Assembly: GCA_044376115.1 (NCBI GenBank)
Contig: JBILLK010000020.1
Coordinates: 128,001-192,000 of the forward strand
Origin: Polyangiaceae bacterium
GTDB taxonomy: Bacteria; Myxococcota_A; Polyangia; Polyangiales; Polyangiaceae
Length of the DNA: 64,000 nucleotides
Reading direction: 5' to 3'
Positions 27,981 through 37,699 of this stretch are shown here, piece after piece. A program made the translations under genes and the position numbers. The notes under the pieces were generated by a model that worked only from the letters and a program-made list of their open reading frames with translations, did no database searches and was not told the DNA's origin. Every line of letters begins with the position of its first letter. Position 1 is the stretch's first letter.

Positions 27981-29657
27981 ATGTCGAGAGAGGATCGCAA
28001 AGGGTTCGTCTCGGAGAGACCACTCTTGGGGATGAGCGGATGGACCGCGTGTCTTGCGCTGAGCGTCGCACTAGGCGTGGCAGGCGCGTGCAGCACAGGC
28101 ACCACGTCGAGCGGTGCTCCGTCGAGCGCCACCCCCAAGGCCGCGGAGGCCAAGCCTTCGTTGCGCCTCTACCTACTCTCCAACGTCGCTGGGGCCTTGG
28201 AGCCATGCGGCTGCTCGAAAGATCAACTCGGTGGCGCGAGCCATTTTGCGAGCCTCTTCGAGTCTGAAAAAGGTGCCGCCCAGACCAGCCTCATCATCGG
28301 CGCAGGGCCGCTGTTTTTCCAAGACCCCAAGTCCTCGCCGAAGAAGGCCACCCAAGATCTTTGGAAGGCGGAGGCGCTAGCCAAAGGCGCTGCCAAGCTG
28401 GGCGTGCTCGCGTGGACCCCCGGCGCCAATGACTTTGGTGCTGGAGAGGCGGTGTTCAAGCAGCTCGCCGAGAGTTCGAAGGTGAGCTTCCTTGCAGCGA
28501 ACGGTCCTGGAACTGGGCCGTTACAAAAGAGCCGCTTGCTCGAGGTCGACGGCGTCAAAGTTGGTTTCACCGGGGTGTTGGATGCGAAGGTCGCAGCAAG
28601 CACCGGTGGCCCGCTTTCGGCTCCGGTCGAAGCGCTGCGCAACGAGGTTCAGGCGCTGCGCACGCAGGGGGCCCGGGTCGTGATTGTGATGGCCGTCATG
28701 CCGCGGGGGGAGGCCTTGAGGCTCACCGACGAGATCAAAGACATCGACGTCATGCTGCTCGGCAAGCCCTCTGAAAAGGGTGAGGCCAACGACGCACCGC
28801 GCGCCCCCGTGATCACCGGGTCGACCCTCGTGGTCGAACTTTCCAACCACTTGCAGACGACCGCCCGGCTCGATCTCCATTTCAAAGAGCAAGCGGACGG
28901 GAGCGGTCGCATCGTCCTCGCGGACGGTGGAGGCTTGGCGCGGGCCGAGCAATTGCTCGGTATCAACCAGCAGATCCGCGACCTGGAAGCCCGCATCAAC
29001 GGCTGGGAGAAGTCAAAAGGCGTGCGCGCCGACGACCTTTCGGCCCGCAAGAAAGATCTCGAGCGCTTGCGCACCGAGCGCGCGACCTTGGAAGGGCAGA
29101 CCCCAGAAGCCCCTGCTGGGAGCTTCTTCCAGTACAGCCTCGTGGAGGTTCGAGAGAAGCTGGGCAAGGAGCCTGGGCTCGAAGAAGTGGCGCTCGGTTA
29201 CTACAAACGCGTGAACGACCACAATCGCGAGGCGTTCAAGGGTGTAATGCCGCCCGAGGCCGGTGATGGTGCGGCGTACCTCGGCGTGGAGGCCTGCTCG
29301 AGTTGTCACGCGGAAGAGCGAGCCGTGTGGGATAAGACCAGCCACGCGAAGGCCTACGCCACGCTCGAGAAAAAGTTTGTGGAGTTCAATCTCGATTGTG
29401 TCGCCTGCCACGTCACCGGCTACGAAAAGCCGGGCGGAAGCACGGTAACGTTCGTCGACTCATTCAAGAACGTCCAGTGCGAGACCTGTCACGGGCCAGG
29501 GAGCCTCCACGCGAAGGAGCCCAAGAACAAGGCCCTCATTCAAACCAAACCGGATCCCAAGAGCTGCGTCTCTGAGTGCCACCATCCCCCCCATGTCGAA
29601 GCCTTCGACGCCACCGCGAAGATGACATCCATCCTCGGACCAGGACACGGACTCTGA
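27981..29657 (+). CDS. UshA/5'-nucleotidase-like N-terminal domain fused to multiheme c-type cytochrome, probable lipoprotein
   Basis: GALEPCGC...GG, TPGANDF, FLAAN, KVGFTG; coiled coil; CSSCH, CVACH, CETCH, CVSECH. Confidence 0.8.
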   Translation: MSREDRKGFVSERPLLGMSGWTACLALSVALGVAGACSTGTTSSGAPSSATPKAAEAKPSLRLYLLSNVAGALEPCGCSKDQLGGASHFASLFESEKGAAQTSLIIGAGPLFFQDPKSSPKKATQDLWKAEALAKGAAKLGVLAWTPGANDFGAGEAVFKQLAESSKVSFLAANGPGTGPLQKSRLLEVDGVKVGFTGVLDAKVAASTGGPLSAPVEALRNEVQALRTQGARVVIVMAVMPRGEALRLTDEIKDIDVMLLGKPSEKGEANDAPRAPVITGSTLVVELSNHLQTTARLDLHFKEQADGSGRIVLADGGGLARAEQLLGINQQIRDLEARINGWEKSKGVRADDLSARKKDLERLRTERATLEGQTPEAPAGSFFQYSLVEVREKLGKEPGLEEVALGYYKRVNDHNREAFKGVMPPEAGDGAAYLGVEACSSCHAEERAVWDKTSHAKAYATLEKKFVEFNLDCVACHVTGYEKPGGSTVTFVDSFKNVQCETCHGPGSLHAKEPKNKALIQTKPDPKSCVSECHHPPHVEAFDATAKMTSILGPGHGL

Positions 29658-31636
29658 TGATTCAGCTCCCTCGCGACGATGAAAACATGCAGTCTCTGAT
29701 CGGGGCGACCGTGCCCTCAGAGATCGCCGCCGGCGTGGTGTACAAGCCCGAACTCACGCTCGGAAAGGGCGGCGGCGCCGTGGCTTTCCTCGCGCACCGC
29801 CTATCCCCGGAAGGCAAGGCCCCGGTCGTGATCAAGGTGTTGCGCCCTGCGTTCGTCCGCAAACTCGGGGCGACGGCTGGCCTGCTGATTCGCAAAGAGG
29901 CGGTGGCGCTGGGAAGGCTCAATGAGCGCACGCCGCCCACCCCGTTCGTGGTGCGGCTGATCGACACCGGCGTGCTCAAGGTGCTTCGCGCCGGCTCCGA
30001 GCTCGAGCTGCCGTGGGTTGCGATCGAGTACGTGCATGGCGGGTCGCTGGGAACGACGCTCGCTGAGCGCGTACGGAAGAACCTTCGCGACGTCGGCTTC
30101 GCGTTCGATCCGGGGCGCGCGTCGACGGCCATCGATTGCATCGGTCAAGGCTTGGCCGCGGTGCACGAGGTCGGCGTGATTCATCGCGATCTCACGCCCA
30201 ACAACATCTTGTGCACCGGCCGTGGAGCTGGCGAGATCTTCAAGATCGCAGACTTTGGCGTAGCCCGACCAACGGGTGTCGCAGGCACGCTCTCGGGCTC
30301 CCTGGTTGGAACACCGGGCTTTGCGGCGCCTGAGCTCACCACCGGAGATCCCATCGGGACCTTCACCGACGTATTCAGCCTCGCTTCGCTGATCTTCTTC
30401 ATCCTCACCGGTGAGCCCATCTTCAACTCGATGGCTGAGGTCATGCGCAGTCTGGAGACGGGTCGCAGACGCTCGCTTTTGGAGATGCCGGGCCTCCATC
30501 CCGAGCTCCGCAAGAACGAGAAAGCCTGCCGTTCAATCGATCTCGTGTTGGGCTGGGCGGCCGCGCCGCGAGCCGACGCGCGACTCGGCGAGGCGCTGGC
30601 CGTCAGCAGCATGATCCTTCCTCACCTCCAGGGTCAGAAAAAGCGCGAGCTCTCGTTCACGTCGATCAACCCCAAGCAGCAGGAGAACGCTCCCTCGCTT
30701 GAACCATCGGAGTGGCGTTGGTCCGTTCCGCATCGCACCGGCTCGGCGTTGATCGTGAGGAGCGTGGCATGGGATGGTCACGGCCGAGCGATCGCTGCGA
30801 CCAAGATCGGGCTCTCCTTCTGGAACGGCACCACTTGGAAGGTCGCCTCGACGGAAGGGCTCAAGCTCGCGGGCGGCGTACGCTTCGTTCAGCGCGTCGG
30901 CGCCGGCCGCTGGATTCTCGGCGGAGATGACGGCCAAATCGCGATCTACACCACGGGCGGCGAGGTGGAGATCATCGAGGGACCGCGCGACGCGCACAAG
31001 GTGGAGTGCTTCGGTGGTGACCTCGAAGACATCAGCGTGCTCGCCTGCAAGGGGCTCGATGGCGTGATCTCGCTCAATACCTACGCGACCAAACGCTGGC
31101 TGAAGCCCTTCCCCATTCCCGGCGTTTTTTCGCTGATGGCGATGACGCGCTTCGACGACGCGCGTTGGCTTGTCGTGGGGCGACGCATCGAGGGTGGAGC
31201 GTACGCGGCGCTCTACCACGCGCTGGATTGGGACCTGATGGAGATCCCGGTCGATTCGAAATGTGCGGCGCTGCTCGCGTGCGTTGGAAGGCCAAGGAAG
31301 TCGCTCGGCTATGCGGTTGGTTCGCACGGTACGCTGCTGACGCGAGACGCTGACGTGACCTCGCTCGAGCAAGTCCCCGGTGAGCCGGTCCTCAGCGCGA
31401 TCGCGCTCGATCCTTTTGGCCGACCTTGGGTGGCGACGGCGGGCGCGATCTACCTGCGAGATGACGCCAAAGGCTGGATGCCGGTGTGGAAGGACGAGAC
31501 CGTGGAGGTCCCGATCGTGTCGCTGTTCCTCGATACCGGACTCTGCATCGCGATGACGGTGGACGGCGGCATCATTGAAGGTCGGGCCGCATTGCGACAA
31601 ACGGATCTGCCACCGCCGCCGCCTCCCCCGGCCTGA
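29657..31636 (+). CDS. Ser/Thr kinase with C-terminal beta-propeller-like region
   Basis: LGKGGGAVAF, VIK, HRDLTPNN, DFG, GTPGFAAPE; ATG overlaps upstream stop (TGATG). Confidence 0.88.
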   Translation: MIQLPRDDENMQSLIGATVPSEIAAGVVYKPELTLGKGGGAVAFLAHRLSPEGKAPVVIKVLRPAFVRKLGATAGLLIRKEAVALGRLNERTPPTPFVVRLIDTGVLKVLRAGSELELPWVAIEYVHGGSLGTTLAERVRKNLRDVGFAFDPGRASTAIDCIGQGLAAVHEVGVIHRDLTPNNILCTGRGAGEIFKIADFGVARPTGVAGTLSGSLVGTPGFAAPELTTGDPIGTFTDVFSLASLIFFILTGEPIFNSMAEVMRSLETGRRRSLLEMPGLHPELRKNEKACRSIDLVLGWAAAPRADARLGEALAVSSMILPHLQGQKKRELSFTSINPKQQENAPSLEPSEWRWSVPHRTGSALIVRSVAWDGHGRAIAATKIGLSFWNGTTWKVASTEGLKLAGGVRFVQRVGAGRWILGGDDGQIAIYTTGGEVEIIEGPRDAHKVECFGGDLEDISVLACKGLDGVISLNTYATKRWLKPFPIPGVFSLMAMTRFDDARWLVVGRRIEGGAYAALYHALDWDLMEIPVDSKCAALLACVGRPRKSLGYAVGSHGTLLTRDADVTSLEQVPGEPVLSAIALDPFGRPWVATAGAIYLRDDAKGWMPVWKDETVEVPIVSLFLDTGLCIAMTVDGGIIEGRAALRQTDLPPPPPPPA

Positions 31637-31764
31637 CTCAGGCGAAGGCGGCGCTCGTTCGCAACCTGGGCGACTGGAGCGCACGCGCACGCGCACGCTC
31701 ACCTACTCCTGCAAACGCCGCTTTTTCGGCGGCTCCCTCGCGGATGTGGTACGCGGCCGATGCA

Positions 31765-33174
31765 ATGGCCGATCTCCTAGTGCCTGTTGGGAAGAACGTG
31801 GTGACCCACGGCTCGCCGTATGCCGTGGTTATGCGCCTTGCGTGGCCAACCTTCTTCGCCATGCTGCTGCAGAGCGCGGTCAACGAGATCGACATCGTCT
31901 TCTTCGCCAAGCTACCGCCGACTGAAGCCTCCAACGCTCAAGCAGCGCTGCTGCCCTCGCTCATCATCCTGTGGCTGTTTGGTGGTTCGCTCTCGGGCAT
32001 CGCAGTCGGGACGCAGGCCATCACCGCGCGCCGCTTCGCTGAGCAGCGGAATGAGGACGCTGGAGCGGTGCTCTTCAACGCGGCCTTCTTTGCATTCGTG
32101 GGCGGCCTGGTGTTCGCCACCGTCGGCTACATCGCCATGGACTTGATCCTTGGCCTCCTGATCAAAGTGGACGGCGCGCGTGAAAGCGCCCAGCAATACC
32201 TCAAGTACCGCCTGCTCGGAGTGATCAGCATGGCGGTGACGGCCGCCTTCAAAGCCTTCTTCGACGGCATCGGAAGGACCCATATCCACCTCATTTCGTC
32301 GGTGGTGATGAACGTGCTCAACGTCGGTTTGTGCGTCCTGCTGATCTTCGGTACCTGGGGCTTCCCGCGCATGGGAATCGGTGGAGCCGGCCTTGCGGCC
32401 GTGATCTCAACCTTCGTTGGCCTGGGCATCATGATTTTCTACGCGCTTCGCGCAGACAACGCAGCGAGGTTCAAGCCTTTCCGCGTGAGCAATCTGAGCA
32501 AGACGTTGCTTTGGTCGGTGTTGAAGCTGTCGATCCCTGGGGCCATCGCCACCATCGCCGTAATGCTCGGCTTCGGCATGTTCGCGTGGGTGGCCAGCAA
32601 GTTGGACGAGCTGTCTCCATCTGCCAGCGGCATTCCCGTCAACATGGCCTCGACCACCGTCATCGTCGGTATTCTCAAGCTTACGTTCACCGGCTGTCTG
32701 GCCTTCGGCACAGCCACAGCCACGTTGGTTTCACAGTCGCTCGGTGAGAAGGCTCCCGAGCGAGCCACGATGTTCGGCTGGACCAGCGTGAAGCTGGGGC
32801 TCATCATCTTTGGCGTCGTCGGTATTTCGGAAGCCATTTTCGCGGAGCCGATTCTTCACTTCGTCGCAGCGGGAGATGCGGTGCAACTCGCGGCCCTCAC
32901 GCCACTGCGCATCATGGGCGCCGTTACGCCGATCATCGCGGTGGCGATGATCCTCACCCAAGCGCTCTTCGGCGCGGGGGACACCGTGTTCGTGATGATC
33001 GTCGAGCTGGTGCTCCACTTCCTGTGCCTCGTACCCCTGGCGATGGCGCTCGCGGTGTGGCTGAACTTCGGCTTAATCGGCCTTTGGGCAGCGGCTGTCA
33101 TCTACATCATCGCCCTCACCATCGCGATGTCGCTCAAGTTCCACTGGGGCAGCTGGAAGAAGATAACGCTCTAA
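31765..33174 (+). CDS. MATE family efflux transporter
   Basis: LAWP, many TM helices, FPRMGIGGAGLA, LVSQSLG. Confidence 0.9.
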   Translation: MADLLVPVGKNVVTHGSPYAVVMRLAWPTFFAMLLQSAVNEIDIVFFAKLPPTEASNAQAALLPSLIILWLFGGSLSGIAVGTQAITARRFAEQRNEDAGAVLFNAAFFAFVGGLVFATVGYIAMDLILGLLIKVDGARESAQQYLKYRLLGVISMAVTAAFKAFFDGIGRTHIHLISSVVMNVLNVGLCVLLIFGTWGFPRMGIGGAGLAAVISTFVGLGIMIFYALRADNAARFKPFRVSNLSKTLLWSVLKLSIPGAIATIAVMLGFGMFAWVASKLDELSPSASGIPVNMASTTVIVGILKLTFTGCLAFGTATATLVSQSLGEKAPERATMFGWTSVKLGLIIFGVVGISEAIFAEPILHFVAAGDAVQLAALTPLRIMGAVTPIIAVAMILTQALFGAGDTVFVMIVELVLHFLCLVPLAMALAVWLNFGLIGLWAAAVIYIIALTIAMSLKFHWGSWKKITL

Positions 33175-33215
33175 GCCTACTCTCCGATCGGGAAGCCAGG
33201 CATAATGCGCGGCCC

Positions 33216-34130
33216 ATGACGATACGTCTACCGCTCTACGTTGCCCTCGTAACCGCGTTGATAATCGCTTGCGGCGATGACTCCTCCTCTGGCGGTTCGA
33301 GCACAGGAGCGGGAGGCACAGGTGGAGGAACCGGGGGTGAAGGTGGACTCTCGTGTGAGGACCAAGGCGGTACCTGCCTCGCGGCTCCAGCCGGCTTCAA
33401 AGGGCCGGTAGAGCTCTCGGATAGCGGTGCAACCAGCTGCACGAACGAGGCGTTTGAGGGCACCTACGTCGGTGAAGAGTTCGAGGCCGTTCCCGCCGAG
33501 TGCAATTGTGCCTGTGCGCCTGAAACTGCCTGTGCACTCGAGGTAACGGCGTTTGGGGACACGGGCTGTCTAAGCGGTCCTGAAGCCGTATCGGTAACCT
33601 CGGGCGTGTGTCAGGCCGCCCCTCCGGACACCCTCGCGCTTACCGTTGAGGCAACGCTCGGTACCTGCCAATCGGACGGCGCGACCGCCAGCGTACCCAG
33701 CATCAAATTCACACCGTACGTGGTCGGCTGCAGCGTGAACCTCAACGACTGCGACGCCAGCACGATCTGCGTTCCCTCCACGCGGAAGTACTGCTTCTGG
33801 AGTGAAACAGAGAGCACCTGCCCGAGCGGCTTCGACGAGCAGCTCAACGTGCTCCGGCGCGAGGATTTCAGTGATGACCGAGACTGCACCTGCGACTGCG
33901 GCCTCGGGGACGTAGCGTGTGCGCCCAGCGTTGAGTTGTTTTCCGACGCTACGTGCACCACCGCGGAGGCCGCCACCGACACGGCGGGCTGTAACGCCAC
34001 CAACAGCGGGCAGGCGGCGGCGAGTCTCCGGGTCAACGCCAACGCAACCGGGCAGTGCGAACTCACGACCCAGGTCGTGGGAACCGTCGTTCAGAGCGGC
34101 GCAGGAATCTTAGTCTGCTGCGCACCCTAG
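33216..34130 (+). CDS. Cys-rich secreted lipoprotein (myxobacterial type)
   Basis: Lipobox IIAC, GGTGG linker, two repeats with CxCxC. Confidence 0.75.
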   Translation: MTIRLPLYVALVTALIIACGDDSSSGGSSTGAGGTGGGTGGEGGLSCEDQGGTCLAAPAGFKGPVELSDSGATSCTNEAFEGTYVGEEFEAVPAECNCACAPETACALEVTAFGDTGCLSGPEAVSVTSGVCQAAPPDTLALTVEATLGTCQSDGATASVPSIKFTPYVVGCSVNLNDCDASTICVPSTRKYCFWSETESTCPSGFDEQLNVLRREDFSDDRDCTCDCGLGDVACAPSVELFSDATCTTAEAATDTAGCNATNSGQAAASLRVNANATGQCELTTQVVGTVVQSGAGILVCCAP

Positions 34131-34672
34131 CAGCGCGGCTCGTAGCCCTTGGCCAACTCAGTAAAGCGTCGGCCTAGCCAATCAAAGAAGGCGGCGTCGT
34201 AGGCGGGCCCGTCGGGCGACGCTGCGGCGATCTCCTCGACGAATACCTCGTCCCAACGGATGTAACGCGCCACCAGGCTCTCGTGGAGTCGCCGAGCCTG
34301 CGCCTGTGTTGCGCTCGAACCTACCTGCAACGCCTCCTCACAGACGTAGTAGTTGCACGTCGCCGAACGGCGTTCCGGCGGGATCGTACAACCGCCAGAG
34401 CCGAGATACGCACAGGCCAAGTCGCGAGGCTTACCGGGGCCGAGAACCATCTTGCGACGCTGAATGGCTAGCCCACGTGGAATCGGTTGCAAGCGCCCAG
34501 CGGCCAGCTCGCCCAGTAACCAATCGCGTCCCCCTAATTGCACAATCCTGCCGAGGTCGGCCCAGTCGAGCCGCGGCGGAGCTCGACAACAGCCGCCGGC
34601 TGCATGGGGACACTCGGCGCACTGGCTCGAGGTTACGTGTGAGTGGGCTCCTAGAACACGGAGGGTCAGCAT
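34127..34672 (-). CDS. YkgJ-like cysteine-cluster (putative Fe-S/Zn) protein
   Basis: CAEC...GCC, CAYL...GCTI, R.ATCNYYVC pattern. Confidence 0.7.
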   Translation of the reverse strand: MLTLRVLGAHSHVTSSQCAECPHAAGGCCRAPPRLDWADLGRIVQLGGRDWLLGELAAGRLQPIPRGLAIQRRKMVLGPGKPRDLACAYLGSGGCTIPPERRSATCNYYVCEEALQVGSSATQAQARRLHESLVARYIRWDEVFVEEIAAASPDGPAYDAAFFDWLGRRFTELAKGYEPRC

Positions 34673-34771
34673 ACTGACGCCGTGGAGACTACAGCATAGT
34701 AGTAGCGCCGGCCCAGCCGCGATGAGTCGCCAAACCACCGCGAGCGTGGTAGTCGTCATCGCCCACGATCT

Positions 34772-35698
34772 ATGGAATGGCTCAACTACCACCACCTTCA
34801 CTACTTCTGGATGGTGGCCCGTGAGGGTAGCCTCGCCGCAGCTGCGGCTAAGCTGCGTCTGTCGCCGCCAACCTTGAGCGCGCAGATCAACTCCCTGGAA
34901 CGGGCTCTCGGGGAGGACCTGTTCGTCAAGCAAGGACGCAGAATGGTCCTTACCGACACCGGAACAGTGGCCTACCGCTATGCCGAAGAGATCTTTGCCA
35001 TCGGCCGGGAGCTCGTTGGAACCATCCAGGGCGGGACCAGCGGCCGGCCCACCCGGTTCGCAGTAGGGGTCACGCAGAGCGTCCCCAAGTTGATCGCTCG
35101 GCGCATTCTCGAGCCCGTTCAAAAGTTGAGCGAACCCATGCGTCTGATCTGCCGCGAGGAGCCCACAGAGAGGCTGCTAGCCGATCTCGCGGTCCACACG
35201 CTCGACGTCGTCCTCACCGATGCACCGCAGGTGAACTCGACAAGCCTGAAGCTGTTCAACCACTTTCTTGGTGAAACGGCGATGGCCATTTACGGCACTC
35301 AAACTCTTGCAGCTCAATTCCGCAAGGGCTTTCCCGGTTCGCTCGAGGGCGCGCCGTTTCTCCTTCCGACCGAGAGCAGCACAACTCGCAGGGCACTGGA
35401 GGCCTACTTTGATCAGATTGGCGTGAGACCCAACTTCGTAGGCGAGTTTGACGATAGCGCCCTGCTCAAGTCCTTCGCCGAGGGCGGACTCGGTCTCTTC
35501 GCTGCCCCGCTCGTAATCCAGAATGAGCTCCGTCGTCAGTACGGGTTCCACAAGCTCGGATTGGCCCAAGGCATCAAAGAGCGTTTCTACGCGGTAACCG
35601 GCGAGCGCAAGATCAAGCAGCCCGCCTTGGTCGTCATTACCGACGCTGCCCGTGAAAGGCTCTTCCGGTTCACAGCCCCAAGGAAGCTCAAAGAGTAA
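34772..35698 (+). CDS. nhaR: LysR-family regulator, NhaR-like
   Basis: MEWLNYHHLHYFWMVAREGS N-terminus; GEFDDSALLKSF; ERFYAVTGERKIKQP. Confidence 0.85.
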   Translation: MEWLNYHHLHYFWMVAREGSLAAAAAKLRLSPPTLSAQINSLERALGEDLFVKQGRRMVLTDTGTVAYRYAEEIFAIGRELVGTIQGGTSGRPTRFAVGVTQSVPKLIARRILEPVQKLSEPMRLICREEPTERLLADLAVHTLDVVLTDAPQVNSTSLKLFNHFLGETAMAIYGTQTLAAQFRKGFPGSLEGAPFLLPTESSTTRRALEAYFDQIGVRPNFVGEFDDSALLKSFAEGGLGLFAAPLVIQNELRRQYGFHKLGLAQGIKERFYAVTGERKIKQPALVVITDAARERLFRFTAPRKLKE

Positions 35699-35704
35699 AT
35701 CGCT

Positions 35705-37699
35705 TCACGCCGCGTTTCGTTCAAGCACCACCGTGGGGTCCACCTCGAGCGACTTCCGTGGGAAGCGGAACTCGATGATGGTGCCTGGCCCCTCGACGAA
35801 AGGCACTTCGAGATAGCCCCCTAGGCTGGCGCATGCCTCGCGGAGTGCTCCCATTCCGACGCCCCGCCCGGATATCTCGGTAACCGTCTCTGCCGTAGAA
35901 ACGCCGTCAAAGAACAGCGCTTCGACCAGCTCTTCACGCGTTTTACAATGCAATCCGCGTTCTTTGGCCCGCTCGCCGAGCGTCGTCCAATCGATGCCGC
36001 GCCCGTCATCCGCGACCGCAACAACCACCTCCTGCTTCTCGACTTTCGCCGATAGCGTAAGGTGCCCGGTGGCCGTCTTCCCCGCGGCAACGCGCTCCTC
36101 TGCTGACTCAATGCCGTGGTCGACGGCGTTGCGTACCGAGTGAACGAACGCAGCCCAGAAGGGAGACCAAACCACCGGGTCGAAGTAGAGCTCGTCGCAC
36201 TCTACGTTGACCTCGACCTTTCCTTTGCCCAAGCGCGCGGCAAGCGACTGCGCCTGCTCGGCGAACCGCTGCAGCCGGTCTGGAGCTCGATCCAACTTGA
36301 ACCGCGATACCATCTGAGCGACCTCGTCGTGAGGACGGCGAGTAAGTAGCGCCCGAAGGATGGCTGAGAACTGGTCGTCCCCAATCTCCACGACCTTGCG
36401 GTTACCAAGGAAGCTCTCGAGGTTCGCCTGAACTCGGCTCCACCTCCGCGAGAGTTCCGCCTGCTCCGCTTCCGTCGGGAAGCGACATTCCTCCTCCATC
36501 GCGGTCTCTAGCTCATGACAATACTGAGCGATGGTGCTCAGGTTGAAGATTGCGGCATTGCCCTTGAGCGTGTGAATTCGCCGTTTGAGCACCTGCAAAT
36601 CACCATCATCACGCACGGCCGAAACAGCTTCGACCAATTGCTCTGCCTCGCTGAAGAAGTCGAGGAACCCTCGCTTATCGCGCATCACTCGGTCGAAGAC
36701 GGCCATCGTCTCTTTCTGCTCTGCCTCGAGCCGCGAGCGGTTGAGCTCCGCCGTGACGTCGGTCCCGACGACGAGTACGCGAGAGAGTTCCCCCTGCTCT
36801 TCGATAGCCTTGTACTCGAGCCGAAGGGTCTTTCCCTCTGAACTCACGAGGCGCGAGGGGAGCTGCTCAAGAGCTAGATCGGCAGGCAAAAAGCCATCCG
36901 TGAGCTGCTCCCAACCCATCGCAAAGTCATCAGCCACTGGTCCGAAGCTCCCGCTAAGTACGTCTTGCAAGCTACGCTGCGCGAGATTGTCTCCGAGCCA
37001 ATTCCGAGCAGACTTCGACGTCTCAGCGCCGACCACCGCTTGCTTGTCCAACGTCAGCAGCACCTGGTCGACGTTATCCAAGACAACACGCATATCCTGA
37101 TTTCGCTGGTCTAGCTCGGCGGTCCTTGCCGCCACAATCTTCTCGAGCCCGATGACATTGTCAAAGAAGCTTCGGGCGATGAAGCACGCCGCAACCGACT
37201 CGAGCACGACAAAGAGCGCATGCACCGCGACCACCCAGATGGGCGCTGCATAGTTAAATACGCTACTTGGCAAAACCAGCCAAAGCACCAGATGGTGAAC
37301 GGCCGCCGTCACCGCCGCAACCACGATCACGAGAGGATTGGCGTAGACCGCCAACAAGGCGATCAAGACGAAGAAGTAGAAGTGCATCTCAATTTGCACG
37401 GGCCCCTGGCCAAAGTGGACGAGCAGCGCCCCCATGATCATCGCTGTAAAGCCGTAGACCATAGAAACGGCGCGGGGACTCTCGAACGTCCGCAGCGCAA
37501 CCAGCGGACCTACCAAGACCGCTAGCGTGGATAGCCCAGCAAACAGAGCGCCCGTATCGTTGAGGAGCGCAACTGCTACGATCACCGGCAAGTGGGCCGC
37601 AAAAAACCCGAAGCCGACCTTGTTCATTCTGGCCAAATAGCTGCGCTCGAAGTCGGACACGGCCTTCGGCAACATCAGATAATCAATTAACTTCTTCAT
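35705..37699 (-). CDS. CheA-like histidine kinase: His-rich TM sensor - PAS-like - Hpt - HATPase, no CheW domain
   Basis: IEMHFYFF/VHH/VHA TM motifs; VLDNVDQ PAS-like start; IHTLKGNA Hpt; RNAVDHGIE, DDGRGID, ISGRGVGM. Confidence 0.88.
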   Translation of the reverse strand: MKKLIDYLMLPKAVSDFERSYLARMNKVGFGFFAAHLPVIVAVALLNDTGALFAGLSTLAVLVGPLVALRTFESPRAVSMVYGFTAMIMGALLVHFGQGPVQIEMHFYFFVLIALLAVYANPLVIVVAAVTAAVHHLVLWLVLPSSVFNYAAPIWVVAVHALFVVLESVAACFIARSFFDNVIGLEKIVAARTAELDQRNQDMRVVLDNVDQVLLTLDKQAVVGAETSKSARNWLGDNLAQRSLQDVLSGSFGPVADDFAMGWEQLTDGFLPADLALEQLPSRLVSSEGKTLRLEYKAIEEQGELSRVLVVGTDVTAELNRSRLEAEQKETMAVFDRVMRDKRGFLDFFSEAEQLVEAVSAVRDDGDLQVLKRRIHTLKGNAAIFNLSTIAQYCHELETAMEEECRFPTEAEQAELSRRWSRVQANLESFLGNRKVVEIGDDQFSAILRALLTRRPHDEVAQMVSRFKLDRAPDRLQRFAEQAQSLAARLGKGKVEVNVECDELYFDPVVWSPFWAAFVHSVRNAVDHGIESAEERVAAGKTATGHLTLSAKVEKQEVVVAVADDGRGIDWTTLGERAKERGLHCKTREELVEALFFDGVSTAETVTEISGRGVGMGALREACASLGGYLEVPFVEGPGTIIEFRFPRKSLEVDPTVVLERNAA

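Noticed and set aside
31631..31643. GCCTGA-C-TCAGGC palindrome containing TGACTCA, also seen in the 2621 repeat
   Set aside because: Overlaps a stop codon; a 7-mer match is expected by chance
30533..31702. 389-aa minus-strand ORF opposite the kinase
   Set aside because: Arg-rich shadow ORF with no recognisable domain
31679..31702. (GCGCAC)3-GCTCAC microsatellite
   Set aside because: Short intergenic low-complexity tract; no evidence of phase variation or function
34673..35122. N-terminal extension of the YkgJ-like ORF
   Set aside because: Antisense to nhaR; the Cys-cluster domain starts near 34672
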